The position numbers were made by a program, and so were the translations under genes. From contig JAENZQ010000001.1 of the NCBI GenBank assembly GCA_016841185.1, positions 95,565 through 159,564 on the forward strand: a stretch of DNA of 64,000 nucleotides. The letters run 5' to 3'. This document shows positions 29,997 through 40,298 of the stretch, piece by piece (position 1 is the first letter of the stretch; each line of letters opens with the position of its first letter). Below the pieces are notes generated by a model. It searched no databases and was not told the DNA's origin. It saw nothing but the letters and a program-made list of their open reading frames with translations. Origin of the DNA: Anaerovorax odorimutans (GTDB taxonomy: Bacteria > Bacillota > Clostridia > Peptostreptococcales > JAAYPU01).

Positions 29997-30845
29997 TTAC
30001 TTTTTGGAAATAGTTGTTTTCGAAAGCAGTTCCTTATCACAGGCATCTATGGTTTTCTTATCCTTACTAATGACATACAAACATATGGTTATCTGATATT
30101 CTTCAAAATATCGGACATACATTCTTCCATAAAACCATTCAGGAGAGAAGTCCTCCGTTGTTTTTTCAGATGGCTCTAAAGGCATACCGTACTGTAAGTA
30201 ACCTCTATGAAATCCTGCCCTTTTGTGGGCCGGTCCATTGGTTTTAATTTTACTGTCTATCCTTATCCATTCTTCATATCCGGCATAGTTGACATTTTCT
30301 CTGATTTTGTGATCCCGGGTCAAGAAGACTTTATTCTGATGACATCCAAGAGCAGGCAACACCAGATACTTTTGATCGTAAAGAGGAATGCTTTCGATTT
30401 CACTTGCTATGATCATGCCATTTGAATCAAAACCAAAAGGAGTTGACGGTTCTCTCATATCCCTGACGGCATACCCGCCATAAAAAGCACCATAGAAAGG
30501 AGACCGGTCATTAAAGTAACAGGATGTCCCAAAAAAAGAATCGAAAGTTCCATAAGAATATAATACGGTCATGTCCAGATCTCTATTCATATATTCGGAA
30601 AATCCGCCCGAGTCATGAAACCATATCACTTGATGGTACCAATCCTTTTTTTTAGTGTCTTTTCCTGAAGGAATATCAAAGACAATGTCTTCTTTAGTTA
30701 AAATACTGTTTCGTTTATTAATCTCCTTATATATTTTTGTAACCATCAGGCTTCTGGTATAAGGAATCATCATACTCATAGAAAATAATATTAATAAAGC
30801 GATTATTAATTTGAAAACATTTTTCTTTGTCTGGTAATTTTCCAT
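29997..30845 (-). CDS. Hypothetical membrane-anchored protein
   Basis: N-terminal TM helix; overlaps the upstream gene; no family recognised. Confidence 0.65.
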   Translation of the reverse strand: MENYQTKKNVFKLIIALLILFSMSMMIPYTRSLMVTKIYKEINKRNSILTKEDIVFDIPSGKDTKKKDWYHQVIWFHDSGGFSEYMNRDLDMTVLYSYGTFDSFFGTSCYFNDRSPFYGAFYGGYAVRDMREPSTPFGFDSNGMIIASEIESIPLYDQKYLVLPALGCHQNKVFLTRDHKIRENVNYAGYEEWIRIDSKIKTNGPAHKRAGFHRGYLQYGMPLEPSEKTTEDFSPEWFYGRMYVRYFEEYQITICLYVISKDKKTIDACDKELLSKTTISKK

Positions 30846-31474
30846 GTTACCACTCCAAGAATCAAAATCCCTCCTGTTACGATCACCATTGAAAAAATAA
30901 ATGCATCTATAAAAAATTGCAAGGGCATAAGCATAAGAAGAATATCTTTAGAAGGGTTCAATATCCATAAATCATTTGTAAAAAGCACTTCGTGGAAAAC
31001 ATTAAAACCGGCATTAAAATCTATTATGCAGATTAATAATGAAGCAACTACACATGCAGTGAAAATACCTGCTGATATTTTATACATTTTCCATAAAGCT
31101 GATTTATCTTTTTTATAAAGCCAGAGATAGAGCAGACAAAGCATCAGTGAACCTGCAACAGAAATAAAATTGCCATTGCCAATTAGCTTTTTTACATCCT
31201 TCATATGCCGCTGCTCCTTGACATTGAATACATACTGTTCTTTGCCGTTTACATCAGCATATATCTGAAATTCTGTTCTTTCTCCTCTAATATAATCCAC
31301 CATTATGTCCGATACTTCCTGAGAAGATATGTTTAAATTGGCCTTTTCAATGGTATCCAGTTTATCAAACTCATAAGAATAAAAAGAAGGTATCTGACTT
31401 AATATGGTGATTGTTCCGACAAATAAAACAAAAGGAATCATAAGCGCCAATAGTACAATGATTAATTTTTTCAT
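30806..31474 (-). CDS. TIGR01906/DUF1461-family membrane protein
   Basis: EQRHMKDVKKL, FNVFHEVLFTNDLW...D.L..LMP..FF. Confidence 0.8.
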   Translation of the reverse strand: MKKLIIVLLALMIPFVLFVGTITILSQIPSFYSYEFDKLDTIEKANLNISSQEVSDIMVDYIRGERTEFQIYADVNGKEQYVFNVKEQRHMKDVKKLIGNGNFISVAGSLMLCLLYLWLYKKDKSALWKMYKISAGIFTACVVASLLICIIDFNAGFNVFHEVLFTNDLWILNPSKDILLMLMPLQFFIDAFIFSMVIVTGGILILGVVTWKITRQRKMFSN

Positions 31475-31553
31475 TATTCCTCCCTGAAAACAGTTCTATA
31501 ATGATATTTTAATCTTATTCTATATCATTATTAAAAAAGATGAAAGTTAAGGT

Positions 31554-31588
31554 AAAAAAAGATTCTTCAGAGTTGAAGAATCTTTTTG
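31554..31588 (-). terminator. Terminator after ACT gene
   Basis: AAAAAGATTCTTCA/TGAAGAATCTTTTT inverted repeat. Confidence 0.7.
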
Positions 31589-31589
31589 T

Positions 31590-32018
31590 TTATCCATATA
31601 CTTCTTCCTTTGAGACAACGATAATGCCTGCATCCTCCAATACTTCAACTGCTTCCGGCTGTCGATTCACCTTCAGGATGATCAGAGGCATTTCTCTTTT
31701 TCTAAGAACAAATGAATAGATGTATTCAATATCGATATCATTTTCATCCAATAATTTAAATATTTCACAGAGGCTCCCCGGCTTATCCTCAGGTTCGACA
31801 GCAAGCACATCACTTATTTTCGCGGTAAATCCCTCTTCTTCTAATACCTTCAGTGCTTTATCCGGCCGGTCCACCACCATACGCAGTATTCCGAATTCTG
31901 AAGTATCAAAAACTGAAATAGCACGGATATCAATATTTTCACGTTTCAGGACATCTGTTAATGCAGCAAGATGTCCTTTTTGATTTTCAATAAATACAGA
32001 AAGCTGCTTTATACCCAT
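31590..32018 (-). CDS. Tandem ACT-domain protein (paaK-associated type)
   Basis: KQLSVFIENQKG, DTSEFGILRMVV, DKPGSL, IEYIYSF. Confidence 0.88.
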   Translation of the reverse strand: MGIKQLSVFIENQKGHLAALTDVLKRENIDIRAISVFDTSEFGILRMVVDRPDKALKVLEEEGFTAKISDVLAVEPEDKPGSLCEIFKLLDENDIDIEYIYSFVLRKREMPLIILKVNRQPEAVEVLEDAGIIVVSKEEVYG

Positions 32019-32114
32019 AATACCCTCCTCATAATTAATGAACAATGAATAACGAATAACCATGATAAGATTTTGATTAAGCAAAATCTTCTTTTGTACT
32101 CTCTCTTCACTTTT

Positions 32115-33410
32115 TTATTTTCTCATATCGATCACACGTTTTGCTTTGCCTTCATATCTGGTAAGGCTTCGGGGTTCTACCAAGTGTATTTTTGCATCTA
32201 TCCCTAAAATTGTCCGAAGATTTGATTTGATTCTGTTGTTTAAAGATTCCAGCAAAGAAAAAGATTCCAGTAAATTCGCATCCATAAGCTCTACGTCTAT
32301 CTCTATTTTATCAAGATATCCTTTTTTGAAAACCTTTATTTGATAATGAGGCCCTATTTCTTCAATATTTAAAAGTACTTCTTCGATTTGAGAAGGAAAA
32401 ACATTCACGCCCCCTATAATCAGCATATCATCTGTTCGGCCTTCAATTTTTGACATTCTGACTGTTGTCCTTCCGCAATCGCATTTTTCATACATTAAAC
32501 GGGTAATATCTTTCGTCCTGTATCTTATAAGGGGAAGTGCTTCCTTTGTGATCGTGGTAATCACCAATTCTCCTTTTTCTCCGGGAGGAAGTGTTCTACC
32601 GGACTCAGGATCAATGATTTCGGGAATAAAATGGTCCTCTGATATATGCATTCCGGCCAGTTGCTCACACTCTCCCGACACACCGGGACCTATTAGTTCG
32701 CTCATTCCGTAGTTTTCTGTTGCAAACAATCCCCACGCTTGATTGAGTTCCTTTCTCATTGCTTCCGTTGAACCTTCACCACCAAACAGTCCCCATTTTA
32801 CCTTCAGATCTTTTTTGGGGTCTATTCCTTCTTCTTTTGCGATTTCAGCCATATGGAGTGCATAGGACGGTGTACAAATCAGGGCAGTAGTTCCAAAATC
32901 CTTCATAATCATAATCTGTTTCTTGGTGTTTCCGCTGGAAGTAGGAATAACAGAAGCTCCTACCTTTTCAAGTCCCTGATGAAGGCCGAAAGCTCCGGTA
33001 AACAACCCGTATCCAAAGGCCACCTGTGCAATGTCCTGGTCGCTAACGCCTGCCATCGTAACAATTCGGGCAATCAACTGAGCCCAAACTTCCATGTCAT
33101 TCTTCGTATAACCTACTACCGTTGGTTTCCCGGTTGTGCCTGACGATGCATGAAACCTGACAATATCTCTGTTGGAAACTGCAAAAAGACCAAATGGATA
33201 GCTGTCCCTCAGATCATCCTTCACAGTAAAGGGCAGCTTCTGTAGATCCTTTAAACATTTGATGTCCTCAGGCATCAAACCCATTTCGTCAAACTTGTGA
33301 CGATAAAACGGAACCCGTTCATATACTCTTTTAACCGTATTTTTAAGCCTTTTCAGCTGTATTTCTTCAAACTGCTCCCTCTTCAGGGTTTCTTCCTTTG
33401 CCCAAATCAT
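32115..33410 (-). CDS. paaK: Phenylacetate-CoA ligase family (aryl-acetate-CoA ligase)
   Basis: [46 protein letters not shown]; true start at 33410 after AAGGAGG. Confidence 0.9.
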   Translation of the reverse strand: MIWAKEETLKREQFEEIQLKRLKNTVKRVYERVPFYRHKFDEMGLMPEDIKCLKDLQKLPFTVKDDLRDSYPFGLFAVSNRDIVRFHASSGTTGKPTVVGYTKNDMEVWAQLIARIVTMAGVSDQDIAQVAFGYGLFTGAFGLHQGLEKVGASVIPTSSGNTKKQIMIMKDFGTTALICTPSYALHMAEIAKEEGIDPKKDLKVKWGLFGGEGSTEAMRKELNQAWGLFATENYGMSELIGPGVSGECEQLAGMHISEDHFIPEIIDPESGRTLPPGEKGELVITTITKEALPLIRYRTKDITRLMYEKCDCGRTTVRMSKIEGRTDDMLIIGGVNVFPSQIEEVLLNIEEIGPHYQIKVFKKGYLDKIEIDVELMDANLLESFSLLESLNNRIKSNLRTILGIDAKIHLVEPRSLTRYEGKAKRVIDMRK

Positions 33411-33462
33411 TTTAAAACCTCCTTGCTCTACCATATGCCTCAGTATTTTCTGTGCAAACATT

Positions 33463-33499
33463 AAAAAGCCCGTCTGGCAGAAAACAAAACGGACTTTTT
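33463..33499 (-). terminator. Attenuator terminator in the paaK leader
   Basis: Minus-strand RNA AAGUCCGUUU...AGACGGGCUUUUUAAUGUUU, between the promoter and paaK. Confidence 0.7.
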
Positions 33500-33517
33500 T
33501 CATAAGTTCAATTACTT

Positions 33518-33553
33518 CTATTCCCACCAACCTGCAAAAGTATTTAACCTCAT
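33518..33553 (-). CDS. Putative Trp attenuation leader peptide [11 protein letters not shown]
   Basis: ATG AGG TTA AAT ACT TTT GCA GGT TGG TGG GAA TAG; tandem Trp codons just before a terminator. Confidence 0.65.
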   Translation of the reverse strand: MRLNTFAGWWE

Positions 33554-33558
33554 GAAAC

Positions 33559-33588
33559 AATATATCATATTATCAGTGAAAAATGCAA
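33559..33588 (-). promoter_or_regulatory. SigmaA promoter for leader/paaK
   Basis: TTGCAT-18 bp-TATATT with TGn; the leader ATG starts 6 nt after the -10. Confidence 0.55.
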
Positions 33589-33591
33589 CAG

Positions 33592-34563
33592 TTAATGCTT
33601 TTCATGGTCAATTGTAATGTTTGCTGCTGCAGCATTTAAATAGAGCTCCACCACCTCATCGGCTTCATCATAATTGGGACTAACCAATTCTGATCCTTTT
33701 TCCTCCAGTCCGATTTTATCTGTAAAATGCATCAAAGTTCCTTCTTTTTTTACTTTAATACCGCTATCCTCGGGAATATGAATAGATATGTTGGACACGC
33801 CTCCATCCACATAAGCTTTGATATGAGGATTTTCCGATCCCAGATACAAATCAATGTTTCCGGCCCCTATATTAAGTGTAAAGGTGTTCACTTTTAATTC
33901 TGACATATCCAGCTCCGCATCCAAAGCACCTAAATCAGCATCAATATCCCATAGTAAATCTTCATTCAACTTTAAATCTACATATCGGCTTTTTATCTTT
34001 TCTGAAATTTTTTCTTCCCATATCTCAATTTTCTCCGTTTTGCTTTTTTCGTCATAATCATTCCTGTGAGATAATTCCTTAATATTGCTTTTAACTTCAA
34101 ACACATTGTCATGAGTATCCTTCAGATCAAATTTACATGCACCTAACTCAATGAAAATCTCTCCTTTTTCAGCATCTTCATTTTTATGGACCATAGAATT
34201 CCTGGAGAAGCCTTCTCCATCCCAATCCGATCTTATTTCACCATTCTCTATGAAGAAATGGAAATCCTCAAAACTATTAAAACCGCCAAACCCGTTAAAT
34301 CTCTCCCCAAACGAAGAATAAAATAAAATAAAGATTAAAAAAGAGCCCCATAAAATTACTTTAATGATGGTGTGTTTATTAAAAAGGATGCTGATTCCGA
34401 TAATAATCAATGTTATGGGCCACATGCTTATTAAAGCACCAATAAATCCAAGAATGGAAAAAGAAAATTCAAATATTTCAAGCTTGGATATTAAAAACAA
34501 TGCACCTATCAGAATAAGGAATAATCCCAATCTGCTTCCATGATCAACTTTACTTTTCATCAT
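33592..34563 (-). CDS. LiaF/DUF5668-like membrane protein with C-terminal beta-rich domain
   Basis: LGLFLILIGALFL...WPITLIIIGISIL N-terminus; repeated GA/GAG beta strands. Confidence 0.65.
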   Translation of the reverse strand: MMKSKVDHGSRLGLFLILIGALFLISKLEIFEFSFSILGFIGALISMWPITLIIIGISILFNKHTIIKVILWGSFLIFILFYSSFGERFNGFGGFNSFEDFHFFIENGEIRSDWDGEGFSRNSMVHKNEDAEKGEIFIELGACKFDLKDTHDNVFEVKSNIKELSHRNDYDEKSKTEKIEIWEEKISEKIKSRYVDLKLNEDLLWDIDADLGALDAELDMSELKVNTFTLNIGAGNIDLYLGSENPHIKAYVDGGVSNISIHIPEDSGIKVKKEGTLMHFTDKIGLEEKGSELVSPNYDEADEVVELYLNAAAANITIDHEKH

Positions 34564-34942
34564 TGCCCCCTCTGCTTCTTAGAAATAAAAATACCCCTAT
34601 GCAGATAAAAGCTGCTGCAACAAGCATTTCGCCATCCACCCAATGGAAATACTTTTTTGAGATGACCAGTATCCCAAATCCGACTAAAGCAGCGCCTAAA
34701 ATCATTTTCCCTTTTTCCGAGTCATAATTCTCCTCTTTGTAAACTCTTCCTGTTTCTGAGGTATCCCTTGGCATAATGATAGCAGCAATAATATAAAATA
34801 TAAGACCGGCACCATAGGCAAGTGTTGCAAGCACCCAAATCAGCCGGACAATGACAGGGTCAATATTAAAATATTCCGCTACGCCCCCGCAAACTCCTGC
34901 AAATACTTTATCTCTTGAAGATTTATAGATCTTCTGATTCAT
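34550..34942 (-). CDS. pspC: PspC-domain membrane protein with extra TM segments
   Basis: IYKSSRDKVFAGVCGGVAEYFNIDPVIVRL...YIIAAIIMP; start 34942 after AGGAGG. Confidence 0.88.
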   Translation of the reverse strand: MNQKIYKSSRDKVFAGVCGGVAEYFNIDPVIVRLIWVLATLAYGAGLIFYIIAAIIMPRDTSETGRVYKEENYDSEKGKMILGAALVGFGILVISKKYFHWVDGEMLVAAAFICIGVFLFLRSRGGNDEK

Positions 34943-35219
34943 GATGCTCCTCCTGTGATACGTCACTTTCCTCTTCTTGGACTTTTTCTTCTTTAAGTAT
35001 ATCTTTCTCTGTTTCTTCTATTACTTCTGCCAAAGGCTCTTCCGGTATAATTAGTGCTGCCACAATATATAGAATTAAACCTGTACCCCATGACAATATC
35101 GTGAGAAATGCCCATACCAATCTAATAATGGTTGAGTCGATATTGAGCTGCTCTGCAATGCCCCCACATACGCCTGCCAATTTCTTATCTGTCGATGAAC
35201 GATATAATTTGCTTTTCAT
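34923..35219 (-). CDS. pspC: PspC-domain protein with acidic tail
   Basis: LYRSSTDKKLAGVCGGIAE...YIVAALIIPEE. Confidence 0.88.
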   Translation of the reverse strand: MKSKLYRSSTDKKLAGVCGGIAEQLNIDSTIIRLVWAFLTILSWGTGLILYIVAALIIPEEPLAEVIEETEKDILKEEKVQEEESDVSQEEHHESEDL

Positions 35220-35283
35220 CTATATGACCTCCATTGTTTATAAGTACATTACTTCTTACTGTATTTATTATATAATATATAAT

Positions 35284-35308
35284 AAAAAAAAACAGCCAAA
35301 AGGCTGTT
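35284..35308 (-). terminator. Terminator after DUF1292 gene
   Basis: AACAGCC/GGCTGTT stem with a long T-run on the minus strand. Confidence 0.65.
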
Positions 35309-35348
35309 AGAATTCTGTTAGAGATTCATTAGAAATATACGCAAGAAT

Positions 35349-35681
35349 TTATTCTTTGTCTTTTTCGGTATCCTCCTTGCCTTCTTCTTCATAAGCAAGT
35401 TTCTCAAAAGCATCTGCTACTCTGTTAAATTCGTCTTCATCCGTAATATCCATAAGCTCGAATTCTTCATCATCTAATTCTTTATACCCGTAAATATATA
35501 CATCATCTGATCCGTCTCCAGGCAGAAGTGCAATATATTCTTTTCCTTCAAATTCAAATACCCCAATCACTTCACACTCGACAGACTCACCATCGTCAAA
35601 TTCCAAGGTAATAACTTCCACACCTTCTTCTTCATCATAACAACCACAACCGCAATCGGTATTCTCTAATTTTTTATCCAT
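35349..35681 (-). CDS. DUF1292-family acidic protein
   Basis: VITLEFDDG...F...EGKEYIALLP...I.DEDEF.RV. Confidence 0.8.
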   Translation of the reverse strand: MDKKLENTDCGCGCYDEEEGVEVITLEFDDGESVECEVIGVFEFEGKEYIALLPGDGSDDVYIYGYKELDDEEFELMDITDEDEFNRVADAFEKLAYEEEGKEDTEKDKE

Positions 35682-35757
35682 GTTATTTCGTCCTTTCATT
35701 TAAAAAATTTATCGTCTCCACTATACATTATATATATCCATAAATCAAATAGTTTAG

Positions 35758-37173
35758 TCAACAATTGTGAATCTCTTCATATGCTTTAATATATTCCGTA
35801 ACCGACATGCTCCAGCTTAAATCCGTATGAACAGCATTATTAAAAACCAACTCCCATTTATCTTTTTGATTATAGATTTTTACAGCTCTTATAATCGTAT
35901 CCAGCATTTCTGTTCCTTCATAATGATCAAAAGTGAATCCCGTACCCTGTTCGCTCTTTTCAAATGAAACCACAGAATCTTTAAGGCCGCCGGTTGCTCT
36001 TACTATAGGAACAGCGCCATATCTCATGGCAATCATCTGTGTAAGGCCGCACGGCTCAAATTTAGACGGCATAAGAACCATATCGGCTGCACCATATATT
36101 TGGCGTGACAAACCTTCGTCAAATTGGATGAATGCATAAAGCTTTTTAGGGTAACGGGGGATCATATCCTTAAAGAATTGCTCATATCTGCGCTCCCCTA
36201 CACCTAAGATGACAAGCTGTAAATTTAAACGTAATATATGGTCAATCTGCTCTTTGATCAGGTCAATTCCTTTCTGCTCCGTAAGCCTCGATATAACAGC
36301 AATCATTGGAATATCTTCACCTTCTTTTAAGCCATATCGTTTTTGGAATTCAATTTTATTCAGAACCTTTTCAGAATAAGAATCTTTATACTTTCGATAC
36401 AAATTTTTATCGGTTTCGGGATTGTAAAGATTATAATCGATTCCATTAAGTATTCCCCTGATCTTTCGATGGTTTGCCTTTAAAACCGATTCCAATCCCT
36501 CTCCCAAATATTCATTCTGGATTTCTCTGGCATAAGCCGGGCTTACGGTTGTTATCAAATCTGCTGATATGATACCCCCCTTTAATAAATTGGCATACCC
36601 GTTAAATTCCATATTTGAAATACAATTTTCAATTTTTAACAAATTGTTAAGCAACTCTTTTGGCAGAATTCCTTGATATTTTAAATTATGAATGGTAAGA
36701 ATCGACCTTATTCCCTGATAGAAAGCATCCTTATATATTTCCCTTATAAGAAAAGGGACCAGAGCAGTATGCCAATCATGGCAATGAATGATATCAGGGC
36801 AAAAATTTATTTCCTTTAAGCCGTCAAGGATGGCTTTGGAAAAATAAATGAATTTTTCCGCTTCATCGGAATACCCGTAATAGCTTGACTGCTTAAAGTA
36901 ATATTCGTTATCAACAAAATAGTACAATATTTCATTGTAACTCAACGTTTCAATCCTGCAATACCGTTTTTCCCGGTTTAATTCAACACTGAACTCAGCT
37001 ACTGGAGTCATTTTATTTCTGAATTCATCTGATATTTGATGGTATTTCGGCATTATAACACGAACGTCCAACCCCTTATTTTTTAATTCTACAGGCAGAG
37101 ACCCGATTACATCGCCTAATCCCCCGGTTTTAGCAAAAGGGTATCCTTCTGAAGCAGCATATAATACTTTCAC
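35758..37173 (-). CDS. glgA: Glycogen synthase
   Basis: KTGGLGDV, HCHDWH, SRLTEQKG, FEPCGL. Confidence 0.96.
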   Translation of the reverse strand: MKVLYAASEGYPFAKTGGLGDVIGSLPVELKNKGLDVRVIMPKYHQISDEFRNKMTPVAEFSVELNREKRYCRIETLSYNEILYYFVDNEYYFKQSSYYGYSDEAEKFIYFSKAILDGLKEINFCPDIIHCHDWHTALVPFLIREIYKDAFYQGIRSILTIHNLKYQGILPKELLNNLLKIENCISNMEFNGYANLLKGGIISADLITTVSPAYAREIQNEYLGEGLESVLKANHRKIRGILNGIDYNLYNPETDKNLYRKYKDSYSEKVLNKIEFQKRYGLKEGEDIPMIAVISRLTEQKGIDLIKEQIDHILRLNLQLVILGVGERRYEQFFKDMIPRYPKKLYAFIQFDEGLSRQIYGAADMVLMPSKFEPCGLTQMIAMRYGAVPIVRATGGLKDSVVSFEKSEQGTGFTFDHYEGTEMLDTIIRAVKIYNQKDKWELVFNNAVHTDLSWSMSVTEYIKAYEEIHNC

Positions 37174-37188
37174 GCTTGGCCTCCTTAT

Positions 37189-38334
37189 TTATGAAATTAT
37201 TTTAATCATACTATTTTTAATTCCCGTAATACTTGGGATAAGCTCATCTGAAAATTCCATGGAGTAATTCTCATCAATTTTGGCTTTTTCACTTATAATA
37301 CTTTTGTATATATTAATATTTCCGGAAATTTCCGAACCGCTTAATACAATAGAATCCTTTATTTTTGTACGCTCATCGATAAAAACATCAGAAAAAATAA
37401 TGGAGTTTACAACTTCTCCTAAAATGGTACATCCATCTGATATCAACGAATTTTTTACTTGAGCATTCACGCCTATATACTGTGGTCTCGATAAAAGCTG
37501 GTGCGTATATATGTTATTCATATCTTTCCATATATTAAATCCGGAATCTTTTCTCAATAAATCCATATTTGCCTCGTAATAGCTTTCTATGGTTCCTACA
37601 TCCCGCCAATATCCATTGAACAAATATGAATAGACATCTTTCTTTTCTTCCAGAATCATAGGAATAATATTCTTCCCAAAGTCATTTTTTGAATTCTTGT
37701 TTTTATTATCATCAATTAAGGCATTTTTTAATACATTCCAATTAAAAATATAAATTCCCATAGAAGCCAAATTACATTGCGGGAATTGAGGTTTTTCCCA
37801 GAATTCAGTTATCAGGTCATTTTCACCGGTTTTTAATATTCCGAATCTATGGGCTTCTGTCATAGGTACATGTGTTACAGCAATTGTCACTTCAGCATTT
37901 TTATTAATGTGAAATTTCAGCATATCTTTATAATTCATTTTATAGATATGGTCTCCTGATAGAATCAAAACATATTTGGGATTATATAAATCAATGAATT
38001 CTATATTTTGAAATACTGCATCAGATGTACCCTGATACCATTTTTTATCATTCCTCGTTTCATATGGCGACAATATACTGACTTCGCCATTGGGTTTATT
38101 TAACCCCCAGGCCTCACCGGTACCAATATAGGAGTTAAGAAACTGTGGCCTGTATTGAGTGAGTACCCCGATAATATTTATTCCTGAATTTCTACAGTTA
38201 CTCAGGCTGAAATCAATCAGTTTATATTTTCCACCATATGCAACTGCAGGTTTTGCTGTATTGTCCGTAAGATTCCCTAATCTTTCGCCTCTTCCACCTG
38301 CAAGAAGCATTGCGATACAATCCTTATTGAGCAT
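37189..38334 (-). CDS. glgC: Glucose-1-phosphate adenylyltransferase
   Basis: LAGGRGERL, AKPAV, SGDHIYKM, EKP, DFGKNIIP, YWRDVGT. Confidence 0.93.
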   Translation of the reverse strand: MLNKDCIAMLLAGGRGERLGNLTDNTAKPAVAYGGKYKLIDFSLSNCRNSGINIIGVLTQYRPQFLNSYIGTGEAWGLNKPNGEVSILSPYETRNDKKWYQGTSDAVFQNIEFIDLYNPKYVLILSGDHIYKMNYKDMLKFHINKNAEVTIAVTHVPMTEAHRFGILKTGENDLITEFWEKPQFPQCNLASMGIYIFNWNVLKNALIDDNKNKNSKNDFGKNIIPMILEEKKDVYSYLFNGYWRDVGTIESYYEANMDLLRKDSGFNIWKDMNNIYTHQLLSRPQYIGVNAQVKNSLISDGCTILGEVVNSIIFSDVFIDERTKIKDSIVLSGSEISGNINIYKSIISEKAKIDENYSMEFSDELIPSITGIKNSMIKIIS

Positions 38335-38384
38335 TTAATACTCTCCTTTTCTGACAGGTCTTTTTTAATACTTTCAGTTAATTC

Positions 38385-40298
38385 TCAGTCATTAGATAAA
38401 AATATTCTTCCCTCCAAAGGCTTTAAAGATACTTTTTCTGCAACAATTGATTCTTCTTTATGAACCAAATCAATCAAAGATTTTTTTTCAAAAGTATTTT
38501 TCGGCAATATGAAACTGTACTCCTTATCCAAGCTGCGGTTAAAAAGACATATCGCCTGCTCATTGCTTAAGGTTCTTATATATCCAAAAATATCGTTATG
38601 GCATGAAAACCCTTTCCAGGCACCTGAGACAAAAACTTCATGGTTTTTTCTGATATTAATAGCCTTTTTATACCAGGCAAGCAAACCTTTATCCTCCCTG
38701 CCCCAGGGATAAGGGCCTCTGTTGTAGGGATCTGCATATCCTTCCATACCCGCTTCATCTCCGTAGTAGATGCAGGGTATTCCAGGAAAAGTCATTTGAA
38801 TAAGTACTAAAAGCTTCAGTCTTCTGATTCCTGTCTGCCTTTTTTTTTCCGGCAGCCGATATTTTTCTTTTTCCACATCACTCATGTTATGGGGATTCCG
38901 GGCTTCTCCCAATAAAGTCAGAATCCTCTCTACATCATGGGTTCCAATAAGGTTGATATTTGAATAAAAGATTTCCTGAGGATAATTCTCATACAGACTC
39001 ATCAATTTTTTTTCAGCATCGTCTCCGTCGATATGTCCTAATATATAATCTATAAGGATGGATCTGAAAGGATAATTCATTACGGAATCCAGTTCATCTC
39101 CCCATAAATACTGACGTAATTGATCATAACTCACTTTATTTGAGGCATCTTCCCATACTTCTCCAATTAAAACGGAACTGTCGTCAGCCTCCCTTGCAGA
39201 CCTTTTCAGACCCTTGATAAACTCATCCGGCAGCTCATCTGCCACATCCAGCCGCCATCCTTTGACGCCCTTTTGAATCCAATACTTTATGACACTATCC
39301 TTATTTCGGTAAATGTAATCCTGATAGGAACTTTCCATCTCATTTACATTGGGTAATGTCCCTACACCCCACCATGATTCATATTCCTCAGGATAGTTAC
39401 TGAACTTATACCAGCTAAAATGAGGGGATTCTTTTGATTGGTAAGCGCCTGTTCCCGGATAAGTGCCGCTCTTATTGAAATAGAGGCTATCGCTTCCCGT
39501 ATGACTGAAAACGCCATCTAATATAAATCGTATCCCATACTGCTCACCTGTTTTAATAAGGCTTTCAAAGTCTGTAAGACTTCCAAACATAGGATCTATT
39601 TTTTTATAATCTCCGGTATCATATTTATGATTGCTGATGGCCTCGAAAATGGGATTCAGGTAAATTACACCTATTCCCAATTCCTTCAGATAGGGAAGTT
39701 TCTTTTCAACACCTTTCACATTTCCTCCAAAAAAATCCCACCGTACGACCCGGCCTTCACGGTCTTTGATGTAATAAGGTGTGTCATCCCAGTTACCATG
39801 AATCAAACTTCCTCTGTTGGGCGCATTTACTTTTTTGTCTTCATTCCCATTACAGAAGCGGTCCACAAATATCTGATACATTATAGATTTTTTATACCAT
39901 TCGGGAACACTGAGCTTTTTATCATCATATACTGTGATCTGGTATGAAGGTGTATTATCACCATCTGTTATGACACCTTTTCCTCCGCTCCTTCCCCAGT
40001 TGTTTCCATAATACAGGATTTTTTCATGATACCTGATCACAAAATAATACCATACAAGCCCAGGATGATCAGGTGTCTTGTAACGGGCAGTATAAGTAGT
40101 TTTTTGAAGCTCCGCTTTCTCCGGACTCATCTCAATCCGGATCGGGTCAAACCCCTCATATATCTGAAGATAGCAATTAATGTCATCTGCTTCTTTTACA
40201 AACAGGTCTATTCTTAATTCAATATCCGTTTTACAGGGAACTGCTCCAAAGGGCGTTCTGTAAAAGCGGTCATGCGAATCATGAAGGATTTCTAACAT
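38385..40298 (-). CDS. GH13 neopullulanase/amylopullulanase-like debranching enzyme
   Basis: YQIFVDRF, DGVFSH, GWRLDVADE, GEVW, GTHD, YYGDE. Confidence 0.88.
   Translation of the reverse strand: MLEILHDSHDRFYRTPFGAVPCKTDIELRIDLFVKEADDINCYLQIYEGFDPIRIEMSPEKAELQKTTYTARYKTPDHPGLVWYYFVIRYHEKILYYGNNWGRSGGKGVITDGDNTPSYQITVYDDKKLSVPEWYKKSIMYQIFVDRFCNGNEDKKVNAPNRGSLIHGNWDDTPYYIKDREGRVVRWDFFGGNVKGVEKKLPYLKELGIGVIYLNPIFEAISNHKYDTGDYKKIDPMFGSLTDFESLIKTGEQYGIRFILDGVFSHTGSDSLYFNKSGTYPGTGAYQSKESPHFSWYKFSNYPEEYESWWGVGTLPNVNEMESSYQDYIYRNKDSVIKYWIQKGVKGWRLDVADELPDEFIKGLKRSAREADDSSVLIGEVWEDASNKVSYDQLRQYLWGDELDSVMNYPFRSILIDYILGHIDGDDAEKKLMSLYENYPQEIFYSNINLIGTHDVERILTLLGEARNPHNMSDVEKEKYRLPEKKRQTGIRRLKLLVLIQMTFPGIPCIYYGDEAGMEGYADPYNRGPYPWGREDKGLLAWYKKAINIRKNHEVFVSGAWKGFSCHNDIFGYIRTLSNEQAICLFNRSLDKEYSFILPKNTFEKKSLIDLVHKEESIVAEKVSLKPLEGRIFLSND

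Noticed and set aside
33411-33560. 50-aa N-terminal extension of PaaK in the ORF track
   Set aside because: A strong RBS precedes ATG 33410; the extension spans the leader and attenuator.
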